Shown: in pieces, positions 41,903 through 51,412 of the stretch | How the letters are laid out: each line of letters starts with the position of its first letter | Numbering within the stretch: the first letter of the stretch is position 1 | NCBI GenBank assembly: GCA_965195345.1 | Contig: OZ239628.1 | Span: forward strand, 1,760,001 to 1,824,000 | Length of the DNA stretch: 64,000 nt | Origin: an uncultured Thiomicrospira sp. | GTDB taxonomy: Bacteria; Pseudomonadota; Gammaproteobacteria; CAKMZV01 | Direction: 5' to 3' | Position numbers and translations under genes: made by a program | The notes under the pieces: model-generated | The model's database searches: none | What the model saw: the letters and a program-made list of their open reading frames with translations, nothing else | What the model was told of the DNA's origin: nothing

Positions 41903-43366
41903 TCATCGAATGATAAAAGGATCAAGGATAGGGTCTTCGCTCGTGCGAATCCACACCGCTTTGAGCTTCGTATAACGCAAAGCCGCATCAATTCCAGCTT
42001 CGCGTCCAAAACCAGAAAAACCATGACCGCCAAAAGGCGCCATTGGTGAAATAGCGCGATAAGTATTCACCCAAACAACACCAGCCTTTATCGCTTTTAC
42101 CATACGATGCCCTCGTGCTAAATCTTTAGTGAAGACGCCCGATGCCAATCCAAAACGAGTATTGTTAGCAATACTAATAGCCTCCTCTTCTGTATCAAAA
42201 CCAATTACCGACAAAACAGGACCAAACATTTCATCGACAGCTGTCTGCGCATCAGGAACATCGGTACAATCAATAATTGTTGGTTGAAAATAATATCCTT
42301 TGCGCTCTAATCGCTCTCCCCCTGTAATGATAGTTGCTCCCTTAGCAACAGATGATGCTAAGGCTTTTTCAATAAGGTCAATCTGTTCCTGAGTACACAA
42401 AGGCCCCATTTCAGTCGCGCTATCCATCGGCGAACCTATCACTATTTTTTCGGCTTTTTCTTTCAATCGTGCAACCAAAGCATCTTTGATGCCTTTTTGA
42501 ACAACCAATCTTGACCCTGCCACGCAACTTTGACCAGAAGCGGCAAAAATACCAGCGACTTGAGCGTTGGCTGCACTTTCAAGGTCGGCATCATTAAACA
42601 CAATAAACGGCGACTTCCCTCCAAGCTCGAGCGATAGACTGGCAAGGTTTTGCGCAGTATTACGCACAACATGACTTGCTGTTTGAGGACCTCCAGTAAA
42701 AGCCACATGCATAACTAACGGGTGAGAGGTTAATATTTTCCCAACATCCGCATGCCCCGTAATAAAGTGAATCACCCCTTTAGGGAAGCCCGCTTCTTCA
42801 AACAATTGAGCAAAGGCGAGATGAGGACCTGCCCCGTCCTCTGACGCTTTGACAACGACCGTGCAACCTGCAGCGAGAGCTGGTCCAATCTTTACCGCTG
42901 ACAAAAAGAGTTGCGAATTCCACGGCACTACCGCCGCAACAACCCCCAACGGTTCACGTTGTAAAGTAACATCCATGTCGGGCTTATCAATCGGCAAATG
43001 AGAGCCCTCCATTTTGTCTGCTAAACCTGCATAATAGCGATAATAATCTGCAACATAGCTAATTTGCGCCGACGTTTCTCGTATGATTTTCCCACTATCC
43101 ATCGTCTCAATTTCGGCTATCTTATCAGCATCACGCTCAATCAAATCAGCTAGTTTAGCAAGTTTTTTACCGCGTGCAGTAGCACTCAATCCCGCCCAAG
43201 CAGGATCGCTCAAAGCTCGATGCGCAGCTTTTACTGCTCTATCAACATCCTCAGCACTTGCCTCTGGCATCAGAGCCCAATGTTCTTCCGTTGCTGGATT
43301 AATACTGGGGAAATAGTCCTTCGCTTCTGTATATTCGCCATCTATGAATTGTTGGAATTTTTGCAT
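41903..43366 (-). CDS. tgnC: Aldehyde dehydrogenase, TgnC-like (trigonelline pathway)
   Basis: GKIIRET, PWNSQLFLSAVK, KASED, LELGGKSP, GQSCVAGSR, C-terminal DPFIIR; resembles Acinetobacter TgnC as recalled. Confidence 0.75.
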   Translation of the reverse strand: MQKFQQFIDGEYTEAKDYFPSINPATEEHWALMPEASAEDVDRAVKAAHRALSDPAWAGLSATARGKKLAKLADLIERDADKIAEIETMDSGKIIRETSAQISYVADYYRYYAGLADKMEGSHLPIDKPDMDVTLQREPLGVVAAVVPWNSQLFLSAVKIGPALAAGCTVVVKASEDGAGPHLAFAQLFEEAGFPKGVIHFITGHADVGKILTSHPLVMHVAFTGGPQTASHVVRNTAQNLASLSLELGGKSPFIVFNDADLESAANAQVAGIFAASGQSCVAGSRLVVQKGIKDALVARLKEKAEKIVIGSPMDSATEMGPLCTQEQIDLIEKALASSVAKGATIITGGERLERKGYYFQPTIIDCTDVPDAQTAVDEMFGPVLSVIGFDTEEEAISIANNTRFGLASGVFTKDLARGHRMVKAIKAGVVWVNTYRAISPMAPFGGHGFSGFGREAGIDAALRYTKLKAVWIRTSEDPILDPFIIR

Positions 43367-43419
43367 ATTGTGTGTTCTCTACGAAACGAGTCAATCATCT
43401 CGTTGTATTTAATTGATAT

Positions 43420-44334
43420 TTAAGTTGGAAAAACTTTCCCTTTTTTATGGTCCCCCACGTACAAGCCGAACTCCCCTACTTCAGATTCAGCGGCAAAACG
43501 CTTAAGCATAATAACCTCAGGAGGCGACTGAATGCTTTGATAAATCTCATCATTAAGAGGCATAAACGTCCCCTGTCGAGAAACCGCTTCGGTAACCGTG
43601 TGGTAAACTATAAATTGTTTATTTTCTTCAATGTTTTCATAAATTGAATAAACATAACTCGCTGAATCAGGAAAGTCGCATTGCTGAGTAAGGCTTTTTA
43701 GTTGCATCTGTAAACTTTCTCCTTTGACCACGGTAGTGCGTGGCAGCTCGAAGGTGTTATTTGCGCCTTCTTTAAAAAAGATTTCTCCTTGCTTTTCAAT
43801 AATCACTTGCACTTCCACTAATTGATCCGACTGGGAAATTTGCGCCGCTCTCTCCTCCATAGATAAAGTGAAGAATGAGCCTCTAACGTAACCCAGCCCT
43901 TTACCAGCGCCATTATGAAAGTCAGTAACCTCACCAATAATAATTGTATGATCGCCGCCATCAACGGCATTGACTCTGCGACAATCAAACCATGCAACAC
44001 CATCCGCAAGAAGTGGCATTCCAGCTGGCGTCTGTAACCAATCCACAGCAGCAAATCGTTTTGCATCACGTGATGCAAAGCGTTGCGCGATATCTTGTTG
44101 TGCCTCCGATAAAACATTAACAGCAAAACCAACACCTTGCGAAAAAGAGGTATGATAGTACGAAGACTTTGCTAAACAAACTAACAACATTGGGGGGTCA
44201 AGCGACACACTTGTGAAGGAATTAGCAGTAAAACCAATAGCACCCAATTGAGGGTCACAGGTCGTAACCACTGTTACGCCCGTCATAAAAGACCCAAATG
44301 CGTCACGCAAAGCACGTGCAGAAGGATTGTTCAT
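43420..44334 (-). CDS. Flavin reductase with C-terminal extension (TgnA-like)
   Basis: LRDAFGSFMTGVTVVT, ANSFTSVSLDPP, GDHTIIIG. Confidence 0.85.
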   Translation of the reverse strand: MNNPSARALRDAFGSFMTGVTVVTTCDPQLGAIGFTANSFTSVSLDPPMLLVCLAKSSYYHTSFSQGVGFAVNVLSEAQQDIAQRFASRDAKRFAAVDWLQTPAGMPLLADGVAWFDCRRVNAVDGGDHTIIIGEVTDFHNGAGKGLGYVRGSFFTLSMEERAAQISQSDQLVEVQVIIEKQGEIFFKEGANNTFELPRTTVVKGESLQMQLKSLTQQCDFPDSASYVYSIYENIEENKQFIVYHTVTEAVSRQGTFMPLNDEIYQSIQSPPEVIMLKRFAAESEVGEFGLYVGDHKKGKVFPT

Positions 44335-44372
44335 AGTCTTTTTCTATTCATCACTTTATGACAGAAAACAGT

Positions 44373-44975
44373 CTACACACCTGCAGGATTTTCTTCCATT
44401 AACCCCATTTCTTTTAAATCTTGATAACGATCTCCAATGCGATGATGTGGACGTCCACCCAATGATGCGCCAAGAGCAACCACCATTTCATCAGCATTCG
44501 GAGCATCCGCTATGGAAAAATGAATGGTCAAATAATGTGAACGACGTCCACCATCATTTTTATCCATTAAAGGAATCATAATAGGAGCGTTTGCTCCACC
44601 TCGAGTGTTGCAAAAAGACAAATAAGATTTTGCTCCAACTGCTTCACGATAATAGTTTCCAAAGCGGAGCGTATGAATAATCGCTGAAGCATGTTCTACT
44701 TCGCCATTGAGTCCAATAACCGAAGATTTCCCATAACCTTCTACTTTATCCCCTCCACCTGCTTCATCTGTAATCATTTTAGTTAACAAAACGCCTAATC
44801 CTGGTGCAGCATCAAGGATACCTGGGCGTAGGTCTTCTACAAATCCTTTTCCTGCCCAAGGATTTTTGATCACAGCGGCTGCGGCTATCAAAACTTGTGG
44901 CGTAGAGGCTTTTTTGCCACCTTCAATACGCGTCTCTTCAACATGGAGCAAGGTTTTTCTTATTTCTGCAGGCAT
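44373..44975 (-). CDS. Amino acid synthesis family protein (DUF1185; TgnF-like)
   Basis: AAAVIKNPWAG, YGKSSVIG, EVEHASA, RRSHYLT, GGRPHHRIG. Confidence 0.82.
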   Translation of the reverse strand: MPAEIRKTLLHVEETRIEGGKKASTPQVLIAAAAVIKNPWAGKGFVEDLRPGILDAAPGLGVLLTKMITDEAGGGDKVEGYGKSSVIGLNGEVEHASAIIHTLRFGNYYREAVGAKSYLSFCNTRGGANAPIMIPLMDKNDGGRRSHYLTIHFSIADAPNADEMVVALGASLGGRPHHRIGDRYQDLKEMGLMEENPAGV

Positions 44976-45166
44976 AGCATTCCTTCTTGTTTGATATATT
45001 ATGTTAACTTAGGCAATGGCAAGCATCGACATGCGCGCCATTATATGTGAATTATAACAACAGAAAAACGGCTCTTGTATGCAACGGATAATAAATCGTT
45101 TCCACACATTGCCAACATTCTTTTAATATACAATGCTGCCCATTCGTCTATTCGCAAAATCTCAAA

Positions 45167-45802
45167 GTGTTTGATATCTTTTTAAAAGGACTTCTGTTCG
45201 CATTAGCAATCATAGCTGCTATTGGGGCGCAAAACGCATTTTTACTTAAACAAGGACTTATTCGTTCGCATGTTGGCCTCATCATTTGGATATGTTTTTT
45301 ATCAGACGCCATATTGATGGCAGCGGGGGTATTCGGTTTAGGTATTGCTGTAAGCAAAAATCCCATTGCCCTCATCGGCATAACTGGACTAGGTGCTGCA
45401 TTCATTGCAATATACGGTTTGAAGACTTTTATAAATGTATTTTCCTCAAATGCATCATTGACTGTTGACACTCAAGACAATTCGTCAAAAAATTGGAAGA
45501 AAATTGCATTAACCACCATCGCATTGACTTGGCTCAACCCACACGTTTACATTGATACTGTTTTTTTGGTCGGTTCTGTTTCCAGTGCATATACGCTTAT
45601 GGAAAAGCCCTTTTTCTTACTCGGCACCATTAGTGGATCATTAGTTTGGTTTGTACTGCTTGGCTATGGTTCTAGATTGTTGGCGCCTCTTTTCCGAAGC
45701 CCGACAGCATGGCGCATTTTGGATGGAATAATTACCGTAGTTATGTGGTGGATTGCTTTTGAACTAACAAAATATTGTTACGGACTTATTCACACTCTTT
45801 AA
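45167..45802 (+). CDS. LysE/ArgO family amino-acid exporter
   Basis: IGAQNAFLLKQG, TWLNPHVYIDT, AWRILDG. Confidence 0.9.
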   Translation: MFDIFLKGLLFALAIIAAIGAQNAFLLKQGLIRSHVGLIIWICFLSDAILMAAGVFGLGIAVSKNPIALIGITGLGAAFIAIYGLKTFINVFSSNASLTVDTQDNSSKNWKKIALTTIALTWLNPHVYIDTVFLVGSVSSAYTLMEKPFFLLGTISGSLVWFVLLGYGSRLLAPLFRSPTAWRILDGIITVVMWWIAFELTKYCYGLIHTL

Positions 45803-45836
45803 ATAAACCGTACAAACAACCACATAGAAAAAATGG

Positions 45837-46676
45837 TTATTTCAGGCGTTTCGCATGCCAAGCAATATGATCACCTATAAATGTTGCAATAAAGTGATAG
45901 CCGTGATCGTATCCTGTTTGCATACGAACTTCAACCTCAACACCATGAGTGCTTGCAACCGCTTGGAGATTCTCAGTCAATAACTCTTGTGGATAAAATT
46001 CATCTGCCGTGCCTTGATCAATCAGTATTTTTTCAGGACGCGCCCCGTCTTCAATTAAACAACAAGCATCATACTGTCGCCAGTTAGATTGGTCGGTTCC
46101 AATATATCCAGTAAACGCATTGATACCCCACGCACTTTTAGCAGGATTGCAGATAGGCGAAAAAGCCGAAATGCTTTTGTACGCTTTTGGATTTTTCATT
46201 CCAATCATTAAAGCACCGTGCCCACCCATAGAATGACCGCTAATAGACTTGTTATCATTGATGGGCAGCATAAGCGAATGTATCACCTTGGGCAACTCGT
46301 AAACAATGTAATCGTACATATGATAGTTTTTTGAAAATGGCGCAACCGTTGAATTCAAATAAAATCCTGCACCTTGCCCAAAATCATAGTTTTCATCATC
46401 AGGCACTTCCGAACCTCTTGGGCTAGTGTCTGGTATAACCAATGCGACACCGTGCTCTGCTGCATATCGTTGTGCACCTGCTTTCACACGAAAATTTTCA
46501 TCCGTACATGTTAAGCCAGACAGCCAATAAATCGCTGGAACAGGTGCTATTTGTGATTGAGGTGGCAAGTACAATGAGAACTGCATGATGCAATTACAAG
46601 TACTTGAACGGTGTTTGACAACATGTAAAGTGCCTTCAAACTCCTTGATTGATTCAACAATATTGCATTCGCTCAT
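45837..46676 (-). CDS. fghA: S-formylglutathione hydrolase
   Basis: WLSGLTC, PDTSPRG, GAGFYL, GHSMGGHGAL, YDHGY. Confidence 0.95.
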   Translation of the reverse strand: MSECNIVESIKEFEGTLHVVKHRSSTCNCIMQFSLYLPPQSQIAPVPAIYWLSGLTCTDENFRVKAGAQRYAAEHGVALVIPDTSPRGSEVPDDENYDFGQGAGFYLNSTVAPFSKNYHMYDYIVYELPKVIHSLMLPINDNKSISGHSMGGHGALMIGMKNPKAYKSISAFSPICNPAKSAWGINAFTGYIGTDQSNWRQYDACCLIEDGARPEKILIDQGTADEFYPQELLTENLQAVASTHGVEVEVRMQTGYDHGYHFIATFIGDHIAWHAKRLK

Positions 46677-46694
46677 AGTATCTTTATACTCCTT

Positions 46695-47819
46695 TTAAAA
46701 AACAATAACCGAACGAATACTCTTGCCTTCGTGCATCAAGTCAAACGCTTTATTAATATCCTCAATGCCAAAAGTGTGGGTAACCATTGGATCAATCTTT
46801 ATCTCTCCGTCGAGATATCTATCTACATATCCTGGTAGCTGCGTACGCCCTTTTACTCCACCAAAAGCCGTGCCTTTCCAAGTACGACCAGTAACCAACT
46901 GAAAAGGACGCGTTGCAATTTCTTTACCGGATCCTGCCACTCCAATGATGGTAGAAACGCCCCAGCCCATATGCGTACATTCCAGCGCGTCGCGCATGAC
47001 ATTCACATTACCGATGCATTCAAAAGAATAATCCACACCGCCATTGGTCATGTCAACAATCGCCTTGCCAATCGGCACGCTTAAATCACTTGGATTGATG
47101 CAATCGGTTGCCCCCAGTGCTTTTGCCATTTCAAATTTGTCAGCATTTAAATCAATGGCAATAATACGCTCTGCTTTAGCCATTACTGCACCTTGAATAA
47201 CACTTAAACCAATGCCTCCCAAACCAAATACTGCCACTGTTGATCCCGCCTCAACTTTTGCTGTATTAAGCACCGCACCAATTCCTGTAGTGATGCCACA
47301 ACCCAACAAACAAATCTTATCCAAAGGCGCAGCTTTATTTACTTTCGCCAAAGCAATTTCTGGAACAATCGTATATTCCGAAAAAGTTGAAGTCCCCATG
47401 TAATGATATATCGACTTGCCTTTTTTAGAAAAGCGTGTTGTTCCATCAGGCATAAAACCGGTCCAAACTGTTTTAGAAATAGCCTGACAAAGATTTGTTT
47501 TTGTCGATTTACAAAATGCACACTCTCCGCATTCTGAAATATAGAGCGGAATAACGTGATCGTCTGGTTTTACAGAGGTAACGCCCTCACCGCATTCAAC
47601 AACAACGCACCCTCCCTCATGCCCTAATACTGCAGGGAAAACCGCTTCTGGATCCTCCCCCGACATAGTAAAGGCATCGGTGTGACAAACACCTGTTGCC
47701 ACCACTTTCAACAATACTTCCCCAGCCTTAGGCCCTTGAAGTTCCAGTTCTTCAATTTCAAGAGGTTGTTTAGCACCCCAAGCAACAGCGGCTCTTACTT
47801 TCATCGAATCATTCCTCAT
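46695..47819 (-). CDS. frmA: S-(hydroxymethyl)glutathione dehydrogenase / class III alcohol dehydrogenase
   Basis: [33 protein letters not shown]. Confidence 0.95.
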   Translation of the reverse strand: MRNDSMKVRAAVAWGAKQPLEIEELELQGPKAGEVLLKVVATGVCHTDAFTMSGEDPEAVFPAVLGHEGGCVVVECGEGVTSVKPDDHVIPLYISECGECAFCKSTKTNLCQAISKTVWTGFMPDGTTRFSKKGKSIYHYMGTSTFSEYTIVPEIALAKVNKAAPLDKICLLGCGITTGIGAVLNTAKVEAGSTVAVFGLGGIGLSVIQGAVMAKAERIIAIDLNADKFEMAKALGATDCINPSDLSVPIGKAIVDMTNGGVDYSFECIGNVNVMRDALECTHMGWGVSTIIGVAGSGKEIATRPFQLVTGRTWKGTAFGGVKGRTQLPGYVDRYLDGEIKIDPMVTHTFGIEDINKAFDLMHEGKSIRSVIVF

Positions 47820-47971
47820 TTAGACGGTTTAAATTGCAAAAAACAGGTGACACTATAAACTAAAAGTCATTTTCAACGCAATGCAAAATGCACTCTGCAC
47901 AATACATTAATCGCACTTGCATGCAATTCCTCAATCACTCCCCATAGCGTAAAGATTGATTTTAAAACTAT

Positions 47972-50959
47972 TCAAATACCCACAGATATATAAAGCTCCG
48001 CCTCGCCCAATTGGTTATCCAATCCATAAGCAAATCCCACTGTAAAAGGTAAATTCAAGGAGTACGCAATAATATACTCCGTTATTATTTCAATACCAAT
48101 ATTGGAATAATAATCGTTATTGTCTGGACGACTCCAAGCGGATGCCGTTTCCGAGTATACTCGAGCATAAATGTTACTCACACCTATTGGCGGTTCGATG
48201 AATCCATCTCCAACATTAGTAATGGGGAAATACAACTCCGTACCCAACTTGATGAATTGGTTGCCGCTCAATGCTTGTGTGTTACGTTGATAGCCACTTA
48301 ATGAGTATCGACGCAACCCAATCGGATTAACTTGTGTAGTGGTAATGCCAGAAGACATAAAGTTACCCCCTAGTTCAAACGGTCTTATTGACCCACCACC
48401 AAAACCTGTATCAAGTAGCAGACTCAACGAATAATTTCTAGCGAGCTGAAAAAATTTTTGAAAATTAAAGACGGCCAAATCCCCAGAAAAATCTGTATTC
48501 TCAAACACACCATAACTTTCATACCGAATATTGTAACCGTACCCTCCGCTTATTTGGTTCGCCCTTGCATTACGGAAAAACGTTTGGTACTGAACGCTTG
48601 CACCCATGACATTTTCCACCGTATTTTGATCTTCAAAAGAAAGACTATCCCTAAATTTCGTATCACTTTGCACGTTGACACCGCCTACTGAAAAAATCCA
48701 AGAAGAATCCAATCGATTCAATGGGTAATGCCCTACAGCTTGAAGTATGGTTTGCTCCTCAGAAAAATCAACATCATTGCTGGTATTAAAAACTGATCCA
48801 ACATCAGTAAAGCGATTTGCAGTAAGGGAAAAGCGGTTGAAAAAATTGTACGAAGCAATGCCACCAAAATTCCCCTCTATCTCATTAGAAAAGTAGGTGG
48901 GTGCTAACAACCATTGGTGGAATCCGAGTGTATCTTGTCCACTGACAAAGATACCGAAAGTCTGAATATCGCCAAATCTTAAAATAGGCACCCATCCCTT
49001 CGTACCAATATTATCAAATGCTGAGTAATCTCTAATCGCATTGTAGTCACTGGGATTGAAATCGCTTTGCATAGGCAACAGGCGATTAAATGCGCTGAAA
49101 TCCCCATCCTGTAATCGGTATTGGCTGATGGCTTTGGGGTTTGTAATCACTTCAATCTGTTGCCCAGTGCCTGTATATTTCGTCACCCAAATCAATTGAT
49201 TACCTTCTTGTTCCGTCGATTTCTCAGTCGATTGTTGTTCCAACCGTCTACTCGATAACTCAAACTCAATCACATAGCCTTCTGTTTGCGTTATGACTTC
49301 AACCACTTTTGATTTTCTATCCAGCCGATGAATTTCAACTTGTTCATCATCGTGGGATAGATAGTAAATACTTTTACCATCCGCACTGTAGACGGGGTTG
49401 TTCTCGACACCCTCTGCGTATATAGTCGGCATCCAGTCTCTGCTCTCCAAGTCAAATGTTTCAATATTCCATCCCGTGTGATTGCGCCGAATACTAGCGA
49501 TAATATTCTTACCATCAACAGAAAGATCAAAATCACCCATAACCTCCCCCACTTCAAAAGTATGTAATACCTCTATGCTACCACTCAATTCGATACGCAC
49601 CAAGTAGCTAACCCCGCCATCAATTCGAACAGCGTACAGCGCGGTTGCATCACTCGACCAAACAACAGTGTGCACCCGCGCGTCCTCTGTTATCCGCCGC
49701 AAATCAGACCTAGATAGCACATCTTGTGCGAGCTGTTCAGGTGTTAACAAGTACACATCGTTACGCAAATTGGTATTAGCGATGAAATCTGACTTTACTA
49801 TCAATAGCCCGCCTTTATGATGCCAATCCATATCAACTACTGAACGCACTTCCATTATTTCTTTGCGCTCGCCTTTGCTGTCAACTTGCATAATTTTTGG
49901 ATATGTAAACAAGTCATTGTGATAGTAAAAAACGGTATCGTGCGTCGGGGCTAAACTGCTATTGAAAAATGGATCTTTCTCTACCACTTTCCCATGATTT
50001 TTTTTGCGTTCTTTTATGCCCTGCAGTTGCGGTTGGAAATGCTTGTTCAAATATACCAAATACTCGTCCCAAATTTGAGGGAGGTCCTTGCCGAACACTG
50101 TATCTAAGGTGTCATCCAGTGAATATGGGATAAACTCACCTCTGTACTTGATGAAAAATTCAAATGCTTTTTCTTCACCATAAACATCTTTCACAAACTT
50201 GAAAAAATACGAACCGTATAAGTATGAATGGTTAAATGGCCAACGACTGGGGGTGGGATAATTTATTTCAGTGACCGTTAAAAAACCTTTCTTTAGTTCT
50301 TCTCGCATTTGTCCAGCAAAAACACCAGTATTGACGCGTCCAAACCCCGACGCTGACTCAGCATGTACCGCAATGCCTTCAATAGACCATTCAGGAAGGA
50401 AAGACTCACCATATACCACTGGGAAAATTATAAAACCCTCCAACGTCGGTATAAAAGACGGTTTACCAAATACGCTTCTGAATGCTTCAGGTACTCCACC
50501 AACTTGGTCCAATTGCAACACATGCGCGTATTCATGAGTAAACACCAACTCTATCCAGCCGCTATTGGTCAATAACGTCCCTTCAGTGGGCGGTGTCATG
50601 AAAATAGAAAACTGATTAAAAGGTACTTGCGTTGCCGAACCGTTAGGAAAATCAACGGCATCATTGATTGTCACCTCTGTTTTTTCTGTCGCATCCCATT
50701 GAAATGAAACCGTTAATTTGGCATGCACTTTCTCAGCAATGGCAGCAACTCGTTGGGCAAAGAGTTCGTTTTTACTGGTAAAGTGTATATTGAAATTTTC
50801 AGTTTCTAATGTCTTCCACTCTTCAGAAAAGCTAGGTTGCAAAACACTCGCGTCCACAATGACCGCATTCGACATTGATGATAGCATCATCAGCAATGCA
50901 AAATGAGTGAACAAAAAAAATGTCCGTACAGTGAAAGGTTTCTTTTTTAAAAAACTCAT
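47972..50959 (-). CDS. Outer-membrane protein: signal peptide, HExxH metallopeptidase domain, TolB/PD40-like propeller and Omp85-like beta-barrel
   Basis: Signal-like N-terminus; THEYAH with downstream EGIA; PVYSADGKSIYY-type repeats; aromatic-rich alternating strands at the C-terminus. Confidence 0.7.
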   Translation of the reverse strand: MSFLKKKPFTVRTFFLFTHFALLMMLSSMSNAVIVDASVLQPSFSEEWKTLETENFNIHFTSKNELFAQRVAAIAEKVHAKLTVSFQWDATEKTEVTINDAVDFPNGSATQVPFNQFSIFMTPPTEGTLLTNSGWIELVFTHEYAHVLQLDQVGGVPEAFRSVFGKPSFIPTLEGFIIFPVVYGESFLPEWSIEGIAVHAESASGFGRVNTGVFAGQMREELKKGFLTVTEINYPTPSRWPFNHSYLYGSYFFKFVKDVYGEEKAFEFFIKYRGEFIPYSLDDTLDTVFGKDLPQIWDEYLVYLNKHFQPQLQGIKERKKNHGKVVEKDPFFNSSLAPTHDTVFYYHNDLFTYPKIMQVDSKGERKEIMEVRSVVDMDWHHKGGLLIVKSDFIANTNLRNDVYLLTPEQLAQDVLSRSDLRRITEDARVHTVVWSSDATALYAVRIDGGVSYLVRIELSGSIEVLHTFEVGEVMGDFDLSVDGKNIIASIRRNHTGWNIETFDLESRDWMPTIYAEGVENNPVYSADGKSIYYLSHDDEQVEIHRLDRKSKVVEVITQTEGYVIEFELSSRRLEQQSTEKSTEQEGNQLIWVTKYTGTGQQIEVITNPKAISQYRLQDGDFSAFNRLLPMQSDFNPSDYNAIRDYSAFDNIGTKGWVPILRFGDIQTFGIFVSGQDTLGFHQWLLAPTYFSNEIEGNFGGIASYNFFNRFSLTANRFTDVGSVFNTSNDVDFSEEQTILQAVGHYPLNRLDSSWIFSVGGVNVQSDTKFRDSLSFEDQNTVENVMGASVQYQTFFRNARANQISGGYGYNIRYESYGVFENTDFSGDLAVFNFQKFFQLARNYSLSLLLDTGFGGGSIRPFELGGNFMSSGITTTQVNPIGLRRYSLSGYQRNTQALSGNQFIKLGTELYFPITNVGDGFIEPPIGVSNIYARVYSETASAWSRPDNNDYYSNIGIEIITEYIIAYSLNLPFTVGFAYGLDNQLGEAELYISVGI

Positions 50960-51412
50960 AATACTTAGTTAATATTTGGAATATGAGGTTTTTCATCTTT
51001 TGAAAGATGCCAAAACCATATAATCCAATAGACTTCAGCTTCAAATAGAAGTTAGCGTCAAATATATTGACTACTGAAAAATGCTTAATCGCTTCTTGAG
51101 TAAGCTACGCACTTCTTTTAATATCATTATATATTTAATAGTAGTATACTAAAGTAAGTAAAAGCTCTATCATTGAAATCCGCCAATTCTTATTTAAAAT
51201 TCTAAAACCGGCTCTAACTAAACGGCAGCACTTCATTAGATGAGAATAAAATAGACTAAAAGTTTCTTGCCAACACTGTTGTTATCTTTAAAATATTTTT
51301 GCGTACAGTTGCAATTTGTATTAAAGTAATACCTTACAAGGAATGTGCGATTAAGTACGCTTGACCATTTTTTGCTTTGCTGAGAAATTTAATTATCCTA
51401 CCGTAAACTTTT

